DNA of 64,000 nt from the NCBI GenBank assembly GCA_019695095.1, contig JAIBAQ010000010.1, forward strand, positions 7,845 through 71,844, in the 5' to 3' direction. This stretch comes from Candidatus Hydrogenedentota bacterium. GTDB lineage: Bacteria > Hydrogenedentota > Hydrogenedentia > Hydrogenedentales > SLHB01. Under the pieces are notes generated by a model, which had not been told where the DNA came from, did not search any database, and saw only the letters and a list, made by a program, of their open reading frames with translations. Within the stretch, counting starts at the first letter, position 1. Every line of letters starts with the position of its first letter. Shown here piece after piece: positions 1-10,018 of this stretch. A program made the position numbers and the translations under genes.

Positions 1-117
1 TGCGTTTGCGAGGCACCATTTCCCCGTCAATGCGGAAACACGGAGGTCTGCCGGTCTTGATATGAATATCGGAGGCGTTCTTCTGAATGGCCCGTTGAAG
101 CAATTGCTGCAAAAGCG

Positions 118-1377
118 TCAAGAGCGTTTCATCCTCTTCCGCATGAATGCGGGAATACCCATGTCCTCTTCCTGGTCCCTCGAGAAGTTGATGGTGACCA
201 CTTCGTGCGGTTCATCCATCGTAGCGGGATCTTCGTTGGGGAACAGGAATTCTTCTTGTTCGGCGGCAGCACCCTTCTTCTTTTTCGGCGCGGTCACGGA
301 AGCCGGCATGGGTTCGGGATCCGGAAGAGGTTGCGGTAACACCGACTGATGGATGTCTTCCGCGACCTCCAGGGTCAGTGTAACGGCGTCTTCGTAGCGG
401 TCTGTATCGGCCATAGCCTCAAAGGGGAAACCTGCCGCAATAACTGTCACCTGCATTTCGGGGCGAGGTTCGTCGTCGACGACCGCGCCGAAAATGATGT
501 TTGCGTTAGGATGAGCCGCTTTCTGAACCGTAGTAACCGCTTCGAGCACTTCCTTCATGCCCATATCGCTTCCACCCTTGACGTTTACTATAACTCCCAT
601 AGCCCCGTCGATGGTAGATTTTTCGAGTAACGGACAGACAATGGCTTCCTGCGCGGCACGAAGTCCGCGCTTGTCGCCTTCCGCAGTGCCGATACCCATC
701 AGTGCGCGTCCGCTGTCGCGCATGATCGTGCGCACGTCGGCGAAGTCGAGGTTGATCAGACCGGTGACTGTGATAAGTTCGGAGATGGCCCTCACGCCAT
801 TGTGCAGCACTTCGTCGGCCAGACAGAACGCGTTCAAGAAGGAGATGTTCTCGTGGCAGAGAAGTGCCAGCCGTTCGTTCGGAACGACAATAAGCGCATC
901 GACTTTCTTCTGGAGGGCCTTTAAGCCTTTTATGGCGTTGTCCATTCGGCCTCGGCCTTCGAACTTGAAGGGCAGCGTGACGATGGCGACGGTCAGCGCG
1001 CCTGTTTCGCGGGCAATTTCGGCCACGATCGGCGTTGCGCCCGTGCCTGTGCCACCGCCGAGACCCGCAGTGAGGAAGATCATGTCAGCTCCCGCCAGGA
1101 CCTCTCCAATGCGGTCGCGGTCATCGAGCGCTGCCTTCTCCCCCATCTCGGGTTTGGCGCCAGCGCCGAGGCCCACCTCGCCGATTTGAAGACGCGTTCC
1201 GGCGGGCGAATGCTTCAACGCCTGGGCATCCGTGTTGACCGTGATGAACTCGACGTCTCTGAGTCCGGCCTCGATCATGCGTCCGACGGCGTTACCACCA
1301 CCGCCGCCGATACCGACAACCTTGATGATGGCTTGCTGATCAAAGCTTGTAAATTCGTCGCAGAATCCCATAGTCAT
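118..1377 (-). CDS. ftsZ: Cell division protein FtsZ
   Basis: IKVVGIGGGGGNAV N-terminus, tubulin signature GGGTGTG, INLDFADVRTIM, C-terminal peptide DMGIPAFMRK. ORF track starts at 1392; ATG 1377 follows a GGGAGAG RBS. Confidence 0.98.
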   Translation of the reverse strand: MTMGFCDEFTSFDQQAIIKVVGIGGGGGNAVGRMIEAGLRDVEFITVNTDAQALKHSPAGTRLQIGEVGLGAGAKPEMGEKAALDDRDRIGEVLAGADMIFLTAGLGGGTGTGATPIVAEIARETGALTVAIVTLPFKFEGRGRMDNAIKGLKALQKKVDALIVVPNERLALLCHENISFLNAFCLADEVLHNGVRAISELITVTGLINLDFADVRTIMRDSGRALMGIGTAEGDKRGLRAAQEAIVCPLLEKSTIDGAMGVIVNVKGGSDMGMKEVLEAVTTVQKAAHPNANIIFGAVVDDEPRPEMQVTVIAAGFPFEAMADTDRYEDAVTLTLEVAEDIHQSVLPQPLPDPEPMPASVTAPKKKKGAAAEQEEFLFPNEDPATMDEPHEVVTINFSRDQEEDMGIPAFMRKRMKRS

Positions 1378-1485
1378 TGGACGCTCTCCCAACAGTAAGG
1401 CCCGGTTCCGGCAAGCTCTTCCCTGCTTGCCGATTCGCGGCCGCTCCTTCCCTTTCCGGACAATTCGCTATCCATGCTTCCTTAC

Positions 1486-2277
1486 TTATTTGCAGGCCAA
1501 GTCCCTGCCGAAGCGCACATCCAAGTACTCAAGGCAGGGCAGACATCCCTTCTTTTCCCGCCACAAAACGTCGAGCCGCTTCGCTTGAGACTCGTAGTCT
1601 CCACGACCCCAACGGATCTCGTACCGCAACTCGTCGCAATACATTCGAATATCGTTTGGGGCGTGGGCGGCCAGTTCCGAAACGGTCACTTCCTTAGACA
1701 TTTGGGTGGCGCAGAAGGCTTTCCAGACTTCCATCGCCTCCATCAAGGCACGTTGCCTCACTATGCCGCCCACTTCTACGGTGCCCAACTCTGGGACTTC
1801 GGTGATCATCGGTCCGGGAACGATTGCGCCTGGTTCAAGCCGCTGCAGAACGATCCCTTCCGGGTCAATCGCATAGACGCGGTTGTGGGCCATTAGTGCC
1901 GCGGCGACCTTACGCTCCACAATCTTGATGGAAACCATGTCGGGAAAAATGCGAGCCACTCGACACTTTTCGATGTACGGTTCAGCGATGAGTCTGCCTC
2001 GGATAGACGACGTGCGAACGAAGAGGATGTTGTCTTCGTTTGTGAGGCCGGAAATCTCAACCACGCGCTCGGGCGTAAGAGTCTCCGTGCCTTCTACGCG
2101 AATTGTCTTTAGTTGCAGATAGTCCGAGTCTTGCACATTCAGAAATGCCAGATAGCCAACCATGCTTGCGAGGATGGCAACTACGAGTGTCAAAAAAATA
2201 GAGGTGGCGTTCCTGCGAATGGAACGCCCTGTTGCGCCGCGGCGCGGAGTTCGCATTGTCAATGCGCGCGTCGTCAT
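1486..2277 (-). CDS. ftsQ: Cell division protein FtsQ/DivIB
   Basis: Basic N-terminus, one TM helix, POTRA-like LKTIRVEG...SGL...NIL segment, C-terminal YLDVRF; lies between murC and ftsZ; 4-nt overlap with the murC stop. Confidence 0.88.
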   Translation of the reverse strand: MTTRALTMRTPRRGATGRSIRRNATSIFLTLVVAILASMVGYLAFLNVQDSDYLQLKTIRVEGTETLTPERVVEISGLTNEDNILFVRTSSIRGRLIAEPYIEKCRVARIFPDMVSIKIVERKVAAALMAHNRVYAIDPEGIVLQRLEPGAIVPGPMITEVPELGTVEVGGIVRQRALMEAMEVWKAFCATQMSKEVTVSELAAHAPNDIRMYCDELRYEIRWGRGDYESQAKRLDVLWREKKGCLPCLEYLDVRFGRDLACK

Positions 2278-3707
2278 GATTCGGGAATGGCCTCAAGCAT
2301 GGGCCAAGCGATGCGGTTGATGGTGCCTGCCCCGAGAATCAAGACTACATCGCCGGGTTCAAGGTCGGGAGCCAGGACCGCTGGCACCGCGTTCATATCG
2401 TTGACAAGCTCTACATGCGTTGCGCCTCGCTTGCGCGCCGCATCGATAATCAGACCCGAATCCACTCCTGGCATAGGCTCTTCGCGCGAGGGATAGATGT
2501 CCGTAACGATGGCGCGGTCGAAACGGCTGAGGACCTTTGCGAAGTCTTCGTAGAAAAATTTCGTGCGGCTGAATAGGTGTGGCTGGAATACGCCAATGAT
2601 CCGCTTCGGTTCCACCCATTGAACTGCTTCGAAAGTTGTCGCGATTTCGGTGGGATGGTGCGCGTAATCTTCGACCACGGTGATGCCGCGTTTCTCGCCG
2701 CACACTTGCAGGCGACGCTGGACACCGTCGTATAGTTTCAATCCGTCGGCGATTTGCGGGAACTTCATTCCCAAGCACAACCCCACGGCACAGGCTGCCA
2801 GGGCGTTTCGCGCGTTGTGCGCCCCGATTGCGTTGAATGTCAGAGTCCCCAGCTTGCCGGTCACCTGCAAGCGCGGGTCCAGGCTGGTGACGTCCATTCG
2901 CATGCACAGGCCCGCCAACTGGGAGGCCTTCGATTTTGCGGCATTCGTCGAGCACAAACCTACGTTTGAACCAATCAGGCCGGCGCCTTCTTCAAGACCA
3001 AACGTGACGCACACGCTTTGGATTTCGGGGAGGATGCTGCGCACATTGGGGTCGTCCCAACAGGCAATTACAAATCCGTAGAATGGCACCCCATTGCTGA
3101 ACTCGACGAAAGCGCGCTTGATGTTGTCGAGCGTGCCGTAGTACTCGAGATGTTCCGCGTCGATATTCGTGACGACGCTGATCGTCGGATGCAATCGCAG
3201 GAACGAGCCGTCGTGCTCGTCGGACTCCGCGACAATGAAGTCACCAGTCCCCCAGCGCGCATTGGTGCCGCTGCGGTGCAAGATGCCGCCAATCACACTC
3301 GTCGCGCCGATATTTGCGTTGTCGAGAATCGCGCTGATCATGGACGTGGTCGTGGTCTTTCCGTGCGTGCCTCCGACAACCACTGCGTTGGGCTTCAGTC
3401 GGATCAAGTCCGCCAGCAAGTCACTCCGATGAATGACCGGCACATTGCGCTGGCGCGCGACCAGAACTTCAGGATTGTCTTGGGGGACCGCGGCGGAGAT
3501 CACCACGATAGCTGCGTCGCCGACATTGGCTGCGGCGTGGCCCTCAGCGAACGTAAGACCTCGCTCGACGAGCCGTTGCGTAATCTCTGAGGATTTGAGG
3601 TCTGATCCCGAGACTTGATATCCGAGATTGAGCAAGATTTCGGCGAGGCCGCTCATTCCGATGCCGCCGACCCCGACGAAGTGGACTTTTCGCTTGAGAC
3701 CGTTCAC
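2274..3707 (-). CDS. murC: UDP-N-acetylmuramate--L-alanine ligase
   Basis: HFVGVGGIGMSGLA, GTHGKTTTTSM P-loop, AESDEHDGSFL, EDYAHHPTE, FQPHLFSRT motifs; GTG start with a GGAG RBS. Confidence 0.97.
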   Translation of the reverse strand: MNGLKRKVHFVGVGGIGMSGLAEILLNLGYQVSGSDLKSSEITQRLVERGLTFAEGHAAANVGDAAIVVISAAVPQDNPEVLVARQRNVPVIHRSDLLADLIRLKPNAVVVGGTHGKTTTTSMISAILDNANIGATSVIGGILHRSGTNARWGTGDFIVAESDEHDGSFLRLHPTISVVTNIDAEHLEYYGTLDNIKRAFVEFSNGVPFYGFVIACWDDPNVRSILPEIQSVCVTFGLEEGAGLIGSNVGLCSTNAAKSKASQLAGLCMRMDVTSLDPRLQVTGKLGTLTFNAIGAHNARNALAACAVGLCLGMKFPQIADGLKLYDGVQRRLQVCGEKRGITVVEDYAHHPTEIATTFEAVQWVEPKRIIGVFQPHLFSRTKFFYEDFAKVLSRFDRAIVTDIYPSREEPMPGVDSGLIIDAARKRGATHVELVNDMNAVPAVLAPDLEPGDVVLILGAGTINRIAWPMLEAIPES

Positions 3708-3719
3708 GAAGACACTCCA

Positions 3720-3735
3720 ACCCTACATATTGTGG
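3720..3735. promoter_or_regulatory. NrdR-box-like site 1
   Basis: ACCCTACATATTGTG matches the NrdR consensus acaCwAtATaTwGtg at 13/15; adjacent to the murC RBS. Confidence 0.45.
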
Positions 3736-3791
3736 TGAGTCTCAGTATATCAGACAGTCCGCCGCAATTGGAAGTATTTTGTTGACAGAAG

Positions 3792-3807
3792 CGCCTATAT
3801 ATTGTAG
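3792..3807. promoter_or_regulatory. NrdR-box-like site 2
   Basis: CGCCTATATATTGTA has a perfect core CtAtATaTtGt (11/15 overall) and lies 72 bp from site 1. Confidence 0.4.
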
Positions 3808-4315
3808 GTCTGCGCCTATGACTTGTGTTATCGAAGAAGTATACATGTAAAGCCAATTACAGCAACGTGTTACGAAAGAAACAGACGCCAATTCGCTGTT
3901 CCCTCCAAGAGATTGAGATTCTATACTGACAAGGCTACCCACTCTTCTGCGCGGGCGGAGTTGTATCGACGACTAACAGGTGGGAAATGCACCGGAAGAA
4001 GCACATCGCACTAAGTGCATTATTCTATTTTTGCGTCGCCAACCCGAAGTGCCACTCGAACACGGTTTTGGGCCTGACGTTAACCAGGCTCACTTCCACA
4101 CTCTCCCAACCGGTAACCGACCATGGCGAAAACGACTACCAACAAAGCGCAGCACGATGAATATGCACTATCGACCGCTGGAGTTCGGCAGTTTCAGTGC
4201 CGGTTTGCGAACCGTGCTCAAGGTAAGTACTCTCATCTCGCGAGGGAGTCACTCAACTCCCCGGCTGCAACCGAGCTGTCCAGAAGAGACTCCCTAAGCA
4301 GAGGAGGGATTCACC

Positions 4316-5143
4316 GTGCCTTACGCAGAGATCATCTACGAAGTCAGCGACAACATCGCCACGGTAACACTGAATCGCCCTGACAAACTCAATGCTTGGA
4401 CCTTCAAGATGGAGTCCGAGTACAAGCAAGCGTTGGCAGAGGCTGAACGGGACGATGCGGTGCGTGTGATTGTCGTCACGGGAGCAGGCCGAGGTTTCTG
4501 CGCAGGCGCGGACATGGGATTGCTGAGCAGCGTGATGAGCGGAGAAGTCGACACATCCGAATTGGAAGCTGGCACAGTGTCGTTCGGCGGCGGACAGACC
4601 GTTCCGGAGGACTTTAGGAAGCAGTACTCATTTCCGCCGTCAGTAAGCAAGCCCATCATCGCGGCGGTAAACGGTCCCGCTGTAGGAATCGGGCTTGTCC
4701 ACGCCCTCTATTGCGACATGCGATTCGCAAGCGATGTGGCGCGATTCGGAACGGCGTTCGCACAACGCGGGCTCATCGCTGAACACGGAATCTCATGGTT
4801 GCTACCGCGAATCGTCGGCATCGACAATGCACTTGATCTCCTGTATTCCGCGCGCATGATCGATGCGGAAGAGGCCTTGCGTATGCGCTTGGTAACCCGA
4901 GTGGTCCCTCACGATGACCTCCTCCCCACGGTGCGGGCCTATGCCACGCAACTTGCGACATTGTCGTCGCCGCGATCCATGCGAGTCATCAAGCGACAGG
5001 TTTGGGGGGCCATGCTTACGAATCTCGGCGATGCTGTCGATAGTGCGGTGAACGAGATGATGGAGAGTTTCGGGTCCGAGGATTTCCGCGAGGGGGTCCT
5101 CGCGTTTATGGAAAAACGCCCACCACAGTTTCCGGGAAAGTAG
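4316..5143 (+). CDS. Enoyl-CoA hydratase/isomerase (crotonase superfamily)
   Basis: VTLNRPDKLNA, FCAGADM, KPIIAAVNGPAVG, C-terminal EDFREGVLAFMEKRPPQF; GTG start with a GGAGG RBS. Confidence 0.93.
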   Translation: MPYAEIIYEVSDNIATVTLNRPDKLNAWTFKMESEYKQALAEAERDDAVRVIVVTGAGRGFCAGADMGLLSSVMSGEVDTSELEAGTVSFGGGQTVPEDFRKQYSFPPSVSKPIIAAVNGPAVGIGLVHALYCDMRFASDVARFGTAFAQRGLIAEHGISWLLPRIVGIDNALDLLYSARMIDAEEALRMRLVTRVVPHDDLLPTVRAYATQLATLSSPRSMRVIKRQVWGAMLTNLGDAVDSAVNEMMESFGSEDFREGVLAFMEKRPPQFPGK

Positions 5144-5156
5144 AAACAAACCTACA

Positions 5157-5924
5157 CTACTTCGGAGCCATTCTAATCGCGCCATCGAGACGAATAGTCT
5201 CGCCGTTCAGCATGGGGTTCTCGATGATGTGTTTTGCGAGGGCTGCGAACTCTGACGGCTTTCCTAGTCTGCTCGGGAAGGGAATGGACTCGGCGAGCGA
5301 TTGCCGCGCCGGTTCAGGCAGAAGAGCAAGCAGCGGGGTATCGAACAGGCCGGGCGCGATCGTCACCACGCGAATACCAGATTTAGAGAGATCGCGCGCG
5401 ACGGGAAGTGTCATGCCGACGATGCCCGCCTTTGAAGCGGAGTATGCTGTTTGACCAATTTGGCCGTCGAACGCCGCAACTGACGCCGTATTGATGATGA
5501 CACCGCGTTCGCCGCCGTCATTCGGCTCGTTCTTCATCATTGCGTGGGCTGCAAATCGGATTACGTTGAATGTCCCGACTAGATTGATATCGATCACGGT
5601 CTTGAAGACTTCGAGGCCGTGCGGGCCCCCTTTGCCGACAATCTTCATGGCCATGCCAACGCCCGCGCAACTAATCGCACCGTGAATTCCGCCAAACGTT
5701 TCTACCGCGGCTTCGACCGCTGCCTTAACCTGATCTTCTTTGGTTACGTCGGTGGAGACAAATCGGGCCCGATTTCCCAGTTCTCCTGCTACGCGAATTC
5801 CGTTCTCTTCGTTCATATCGGCTATTACGACCTGACCACCAGATTCAACCAGTAATCGCGCCGTCGCTTCCCCGAGGCCCGAGCCACCGCCCGAGATTAC
5901 AAATGCCTTTCCGTTCACGTCCAT
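5157..5924 (-). CDS. SDR, 3-hydroxyacyl-CoA dehydrogenase type-2 (HSD17B10-like)
   Basis: [46 protein letters not shown]; start set at ATG 5924 after a GGGAGG RBS. Confidence 0.93.
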   Translation of the reverse strand: MDVNGKAFVISGGGSGLGEATARLLVESGGQVVIADMNEENGIRVAGELGNRARFVSTDVTKEDQVKAAVEAAVETFGGIHGAISCAGVGMAMKIVGKGGPHGLEVFKTVIDINLVGTFNVIRFAAHAMMKNEPNDGGERGVIINTASVAAFDGQIGQTAYSASKAGIVGMTLPVARDLSKSGIRVVTIAPGLFDTPLLALLPEPARQSLAESIPFPSRLGKPSEFAALAKHIIENPMLNGETIRLDGAIRMAPK

Positions 5925-6184
5925 GACACTGCCTCCCTGACTTAGAGAACACCAGCCGCCCAATTAAGGTGAGGAGTTGAGTATAAGTCACACGAGGGTC
6001 ACTCTACCACACAGCTTCGAATGGCGTTGGCCCTCTATTCTTGCCAGACCCGGGCGAGTACGGTACAGTTTGCTGTCATCAACCGGATTCGGTTAATTGG
6101 TAATCTTGCAGTTAGCCAGCGCCGCGCTCATCGAGCGCTGCGCTACCGAGCGCATCCGAATTGTACGTCTGGGGGGAGAACACT

Positions 6185-7327
6185 ATGCGACGTCGAGAGT
6201 TTTTGAAAGCCGTTGCTGCCACGACCGCAGCACTGTATGTGCCGGGGGTATCGTCAGGCCAGGAATCCGTTCCGAAGCCTAAGTCGATGGACGTGTTGTT
6301 GTGGTGCTGGGACGCGCGCATGACGTGGGACGATGAGCCGGAGCAAATTTCTACGAAGATGGCCGCGTCGGAAGTGCCCTTCCCCTACTTGAAGCGACCC
6401 GAATCGTATCTTGTGGGCTTCAAACGGCTCGTGGACTATTGCGCAACAATTGGCGTCAAGGGGATTATCGTCTGGGGATTTCTGCGTGACGCGCACGGTG
6501 GCGTCGATGCGGCAAAAGAACTCTGTACGTATGCGAAAGACCGCGGCGTTTCAATCCTGCCGGGCGTCGGACTCTGCTCGTATGGAGGTTACTATTTTGA
6601 AGGCGAACATCCGTTCAACCTCAACACTTACCTTAAGAAGTACCCGGAGCGAGTCAGCAAGGCATTTGAAGAAGGCGGCAAGCGTGAAGTGATGCCGGTC
6701 TTGGACCCTTCCTTGAAAGCCAATCAGACGTGGTGGAAGGACGGGTTGGAATGGATGCTGGAGACGTTTGCGATAGGCGGTGTCGATTACGAGATGGGCG
6801 ACTTCATCGTTAATCCGTCGCCTGAGGCCGTCCAAGCGCGCGAGGCCCTTGGCGTCGACGCCGATGGCAATATTCTCGATACGATCGTCGCGACGAAGGA
6901 CCTCATGGACTTTGCCTACGCGCAGAAACCCGACGGAATCTTCATCGATTGCACGTATCGCGGATTCGAGCGAATCAAGGGTTTCCCGGACATTCCTTAC
7001 CTCGACGTCATCAACAAGAAGACCGTTTGGGAATACACGCTCACGGGCACGTCGCGCAGGGACGATTTCCCCGCCGCTTTTGCAGGCGTGAAACCACATC
7101 GGATGTACGGGTATCTACATTGGTTCAATCCATCGACGAAAACGATGGAGAAGGACTATGTGGCCGATGTTGCGCGCGTGTTCCCCGGAGCGGCCTCGCT
7201 GGGATTCGAATTCATCGGCACGTACGGCGAGGTATCGGCAGTCGAGAATCCCTTGGCCGACCGCAACTACCGTGCGCAGGTGGCGTGGGCTAAGGAGCCG
7301 GGACTGAAGGTCGCCGATTTCGCATGA
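6185..7327 (+). CDS. Tat-exported hypothetical protein, probable TIM-barrel enzyme
   Basis: Twin-arginine signal MRRREFLKAVAA; GGGGGAG RBS; no family recognised with confidence. Confidence 0.7.
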   Translation: MRRREFLKAVAATTAALYVPGVSSGQESVPKPKSMDVLLWCWDARMTWDDEPEQISTKMAASEVPFPYLKRPESYLVGFKRLVDYCATIGVKGIIVWGFLRDAHGGVDAAKELCTYAKDRGVSILPGVGLCSYGGYYFEGEHPFNLNTYLKKYPERVSKAFEEGGKREVMPVLDPSLKANQTWWKDGLEWMLETFAIGGVDYEMGDFIVNPSPEAVQAREALGVDADGNILDTIVATKDLMDFAYAQKPDGIFIDCTYRGFERIKGFPDIPYLDVINKKTVWEYTLTGTSRRDDFPAAFAGVKPHRMYGYLHWFNPSTKTMEKDYVADVARVFPGAASLGFEFIGTYGEVSAVENPLADRNYRAQVAWAKEPGLKVADFA

Positions 7328-7426
7328 TCATCAACAAGCGCGATCCTCGGCAGATGCTGCCGGAAGTCTGACCTGAGTCCTGGGTGGCTTATGGTATACT
7401 GACCACAAGGACGGTGAATAGCCAAC

Positions 7427-7654
7427 ATGATCAAGACAGAAGATATTGTAGAACACATTCAGTCGTTGCCGATCGATAAGCGACTGCAATTGATTGACTC
7501 ACTTCTCTGCCTGCTTAATCCCTCCGATGCTGCCATCGACCAGGAGTGGGCGCGTGTGGCGCATGATCGCATGAACGAGATTCGCAGTGGATCGGCAACA
7601 CCCGTTCTCGCGACGGACGTTTTCGCCCGCATCGACAAACGACTCGCGACGTGA
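7427..7654 (+). CDS. Putative addiction-module antitoxin (TIGR02574-like)
   Basis: 75 aa, LPIDKRLQLIDSLL...W...A..R..E pattern; overlaps the downstream toxin by 4 nt; TATACT -10-like box upstream. Confidence 0.85.
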   Translation: MIKTEDIVEHIQSLPIDKRLQLIDSLLCLLNPSDAAIDQEWARVAHDRMNEIRSGSATPVLATDVFARIDKRLAT

Positions 7655-7944
7655 GAGTCCAATTCCACCCTGCTGCAGAAGCAGAATTGGAAAATGCCGT
7701 CGACTATTACGAATCTGCCGGGCAAGGACTAGGAAGAGACTTCGCACGAGAAGTCTTGTTTGCAGTAGAACGAGTGCTTGCCTACCCTCATGCTTGGCCC
7801 ATCCTCGAAGGAGACATTCACCGGTGTTTGGTTCACAGGTTTCCTTACGGACTCCTGTATGTCACGAGCGAAGAGGCCATCTTGATTCTTGCTATCATGC
7901 ACCTACGTCGCAGGCCCGGTTTGTGGAAAGAGCGCAATCGCTGA
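7651..7944 (+). CDS. RelE/ParE-family toxin
   Basis: 97 aa: FHPAAEAELENAVDYYE...HRCLVHRFPYGLLY...ILAIMHLRRRPGLW. Confidence 0.9.
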   Translation: MRVQFHPAAEAELENAVDYYESAGQGLGRDFAREVLFAVERVLAYPHAWPILEGDIHRCLVHRFPYGLLYVTSEEAILILAIMHLRRRPGLWKERNR

Positions 7945-7974
7945 TTCGCGTCATTCGGAATAAGGAAGCGTCGA

Positions 7975-9948
7975 CTAGATTTGCACGTCGATGCTGTCGA
8001 CCGGCATTACACCTTCACTCGATTGAACGCGGACGCCATGCAGTGTGCCCTGCTGGAACCTGTGGGTGAAGACTGGCGACGATGGCGTGGCCACTTCGCT
8101 GTGGAAGTCGACCGTGCCGACTGAAACGCCATCGACGAAGACTTCAGCCTTTCCATAGCCAGGTCCTTTTGGACCCCACAGTGTGAACTCGCTTCCTTCC
8201 ACGTTCCATTTCACGTGGGCGTTTGGGTTCTTTGAAATGCACCCAATGCCATAGCGAAATTGGGCGTCGTCTTTCACCTCCCAATCATCGAGCTTCTGGG
8301 CTGCGTTCAAGAGGGCCTCGACATAATGGTACGAGACCTGCGCCGTTGAGGGCGGGGCGTCGACGACAAACTTCGATACGGAAGCGTGGCTATTCGCGCC
8401 GGCGAGGATAGCCACCGCTCCGGGACCGTTTGGCATCGGCCCAGACCACACATCCGCACCATTTATCTTCAGGCTTGCGACACCCGAATCGTCCCAGGGT
8501 AACGCGACGGATACCTCTTCTGTGTCTGTGCGCTTGCCTTCCGCAACGACGGACCGCTGGCCTTGCGCATCGACCGTCACGAGCACCCAAGCGCCTGGGG
8601 ATAACTCCACGCCTGAATATCTTCTCACCGTAAGCGGGTGTAGCGTCGAGCCGGAAGTACTCTTGCTCGGTCCGAGTGGTCCCGAGTGGTCCCATACCAA
8701 CGAGACTGTTCCGTGTGTACGTGCCTCCATTTCAATACGCGACAGCGGGCCGCCGCGTTTCAACAAGGCAAGCGAAAGACCTTCGTGTCCGCTGACGACA
8801 AAGCCGCGTTCGCGATAAGGGGCATCCCACCGGCGCTCGGCGAAGTTGATCGTCCCCATGCCGTTTCTGTCGCGCGAGGGGAACATCACGTGAAACACGC
8901 CATCCTTTCCAATGAAACCGGAAAAGGCTTGTCCCCAGATTCCGTGGTACTCATTTTCAACCGGGTCCGCGTGCCACACGCTACCGTGCATGACATACTC
9001 CCACGCATTCGGTTCGAGCATGTTTTCAATCGGCGCGCGAAAGACGCCCTGATAGTTGCGATTCAGCGCCACGGATGTCGCCGGAGAGTAGACGTACCCT
9101 TCGTGGACAAACGCAGGGAAGAACTCGAGCAACGGCGGATAGAAACGGTCCTGTTCGGGATGAAGCAACAACGCAGGCTTGGAGTAAGGCCCTTCGGGCT
9201 TGTCTGCCTTCATTCCTAGCAGCGCCCAACCAAAATACGGCCCCGAATCCGTAAGGGTGAGCACAACCCAGTCGTTCGCACGCCGAATAATCGACGATGC
9301 GTATAACCGCCGGTATTTACCCTGCAACAATTCCTGGTCGCGCGTTGTTGCCACGGGACGCGACGTGGGATGAAACGGGCCCTCGGGTTTGTCTGACCAG
9401 GCATAGCCAACGCCGTCGTTTGCTTCTTTCGGCGGATTCGCTGCGTTCTCCCAGGTGATGCCAAAGGTCGTGAAATCGAAGCTCATGTGGTAGCGGCCTT
9501 CGGCGTAGATTACGCATACGTCCGGGGCATGGTCGAGCGCAGCGACTTCACCTTCAAAGACGTGCGTACCACGTCCTTCGATAGCGGGGCCGACGCGTTC
9601 CCACGACTTACCTTTGTCCTTGGAGCGAAACACGACGCAACGCGTCGGCGCGTCTTCGACCATCGCATAGCCCTTGCAGTACTCGCCCACGTACGTGTAC
9701 CAGTTGCCGCTCACCGGATCTTCGAAGAGAAAGCCGTTCACTGGCCATTCGTAGGGTGCGGCGCCCCGCACCATGGGATTTGACGCCGCATGCGTAAATG
9801 AATCGAAGGAAGCATCGCCCAGCACCGGGTGCCGCAACCACGCGTCGCGTTGGGACGACACGGCGTAGTCGATGGTTTCGCCGAATGCGTGAGACATGCA
9901 TCCCATGGACAACGCAAACGATACAAGAACCCGAATGGTGCTTTTCAT
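7975..9948 (-). CDS. Secreted putative glycoside hydrolase (beta-propeller-like N-part, beta-sandwich C-terminus)
   Basis: Signal peptide ending AFG; APD, YASS and EFFP segments reminiscent of five-bladed propeller hydrolases; C-terminal GPGYGKAEVFVDG carbohydrate-binding-like motif. Family uncertain. Confidence 0.55.
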   Translation of the reverse strand: MKSTIRVLVSFALSMGCMSHAFGETIDYAVSSQRDAWLRHPVLGDASFDSFTHAASNPMVRGAAPYEWPVNGFLFEDPVSGNWYTYVGEYCKGYAMVEDAPTRCVVFRSKDKGKSWERVGPAIEGRGTHVFEGEVAALDHAPDVCVIYAEGRYHMSFDFTTFGITWENAANPPKEANDGVGYAWSDKPEGPFHPTSRPVATTRDQELLQGKYRRLYASSIIRRANDWVVLTLTDSGPYFGWALLGMKADKPEGPYSKPALLLHPEQDRFYPPLLEFFPAFVHEGYVYSPATSVALNRNYQGVFRAPIENMLEPNAWEYVMHGSVWHADPVENEYHGIWGQAFSGFIGKDGVFHVMFPSRDRNGMGTINFAERRWDAPYRERGFVVSGHEGLSLALLKRGGPLSRIEMEARTHGTVSLVWDHSGPLGPSKSTSGSTLHPLTVRRYSGVELSPGAWVLVTVDAQGQRSVVAEGKRTDTEEVSVALPWDDSGVASLKINGADVWSGPMPNGPGAVAILAGANSHASVSKFVVDAPPSTAQVSYHYVEALLNAAQKLDDWEVKDDAQFRYGIGCISKNPNAHVKWNVEGSEFTLWGPKGPGYGKAEVFVDGVSVGTVDFHSEVATPSSPVFTHRFQQGTLHGVRVQSSEGVMPVDSIDVQI

Positions 9949-10018
9949 ACACACTCCCTCAGTATCTGAGATTGTTTGATGGCGAGAATTCTCTGGCTAT
10001 CACGAGAGTACGACACTC

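Noticed and set aside
3980-4383. Small ORFs upstream of the crotonase and an 8-bp inverted repeat AGGGAGTC/GACTCCCT
   Set aside because: No homology cues or clear RBS; the short inverted repeat could arise by chance.
7427-7944. Toxin-antitoxin pair as marker of an integrated mobile island
   Set aside because: No integrase, att repeats or tRNA nearby; solitary pairs of this type are common.
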